Source: a virus
Lineage: Duplodnaviria > Caudoviricetes
Reading direction: 5' to 3' (one strand)
DNA: 64,000 bases
Virus record (IMG/VR): IMGVR_UViG_3300030744_000156
Span: 20,442 to 84,441 of that record
The notes beneath the pieces were generated by a model. The model did not search any database. It was not told where the DNA came from and worked only from the letters and a program-made list of their open reading frames with translations. Numbering within the stretch: position 1 is the stretch's first letter; each line of letters opens with the position of its first letter. The translations under genes were made by a program, and so were the position numbers. Positions 63,633 through 64,000 of this stretch are shown piece by piece.

Positions 63633-63872
63633 GCGGTCGCCGCCGGTTGCCTCACCCACTGCCTCGGTGACGCGCTCACTCTGTCCGGCTGCCCGTTCCT
63701 GTGGCCGCTGCCGATCGCTGGGGAGACCTGGTACGAGATCCGCCCGCCCCGACCGCTGCGATTCCGCACGGGGGGCGCGGTCGAGACCCGACTCGTGTTC
63801 CCCGCGTTCGTTGTCGCCGGCGTGCTGCTGCTGCCCGGCGCGACCGGGTTCCTGTCCAGCATCGTCACCTGA
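63126..63872 (+). CDS. Membrane-bound metal-dependent hydrolase (YdjM/DUF457-like)
   Basis: MGRTHA, LLPDLDHP, HRHATHT, THCLGDALT..GCPFLWP. Confidence 0.85.
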   Translation: MMGRTHALTGLCAGLALAPLLVGTLAQTLVIAIVTAGYALLPDLDHPGARASRLLGPLTGLLSRAVRAGSSWLYLRTKGPRDERHRGEHRHATHTLAFALLAGTATTLGTWRGGAWVPVGIVALGIVLAADALGDWVLPIVGISIAAWWGSIPGDPLAELAGIGPALGIAVAAGCLTHCLGDALTLSGCPFLWPLPIAGETWYEIRPPRPLRFRTGGAVETRLVFPAFVVAGVLLLPGATGFLSSIVT

Positions 63873-63942
63873 GCGTTGCCTGCGGTGAGAGGCAACGGGC
63901 AACACCTCTCCGCGCTCGCCCTCCGCGACGACGCTGAACCAC

Positions 63943-64000
63943 ATGACGTTCACCGCTCACCGGCCCGACGTCCTCGTCCTCACCCGCGGTTTCCTCCACC
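63943..64000 (+). CDS. Partial CDS running off the right edge
   Basis: ATG then 19 open codons. Confidence 0.3.
   Translation, partial: MTFTAHRPDVLVLTRGFLH

Larger units (their letters stand above)
56442..63872. mobile_element. AICE/Streptomyces-plasmid-type conjugation and spread module
   Basis: GntR, Xis-like HTH, DUF2637-like and membrane proteins, FtsK/SpoIIIE ATPase, 8-bp repeat arrays. Confidence 0.85.
1..64000. mobile_element. Temperate siphovirus-type actinophage genome (both ends lie outside the window) with internal attP-like site and a conjugation module at the right end
   Basis: Integrase, repressor, replication, terminase, portal, protease, capsid, tail and lysis genes in phage order; no host core genes seen. 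Confidence 0.93.

Noticed and set aside
1-64000. CRISPR array, cas genes, or a reverse-transcriptase system (DGR, retron)
   Set aside because: No regularly spaced repeat-spacer series, and no Cas or RT (YxDD) motifs in any credible ORF.

Overview
The whole window is high-GC actinobacterial mobile DNA with no host housekeeping genes. A Pseudonocardiaceae-like host is my inference from the small-protein families. It reads as a temperate siphovirus in an apparently non-integrated configuration. Leftward early and replication genes (SLOG, DnaB, Rep with iterons, HNH, RecT/YqaJ, DnaQ-like exonuclease, Xis, Cro) come first, then repressor, ImmA and a tyrosine integrase carrying an inserted LacI HTH. 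Next is an intact attP-like site: the 3' half of tRNA-Pro(GGG) flanked on both sides by an identical 21-bp arm repeat. Accessory operons follow (PAPS-reductase family, DUF6283, HAD phosphatase, a truncated nucleotidyltransferase, Ro60/TROVE with two upstream Y-like RNAs). Then come terminase, a moron (NUDIX, XRE regulator, a tRNA-like RNA with a swollen anticodon arm), HK97-type head genes, a non-contractile tail and a five-gene lysis cassette. Directly after lysis, with no visible att boundary, lies an AICE/Streptomyces-plasmid-type mycelial conjugation module (GntR/KorSA-like, DUF2637/Spd membrane proteins, TraB-type FtsK/SpoIIIE, 8-bp repeat arrays). Most interesting: (i) a possible phage-conjugative element hybrid, (ii) two complementary tRNA mimics plus Ro60 in an RNA-repair-flavoured gene set, and (iii) a five-site palindromic operator/promoter regulon. 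All family assignments come from motif recognition by eye; no database search was run.
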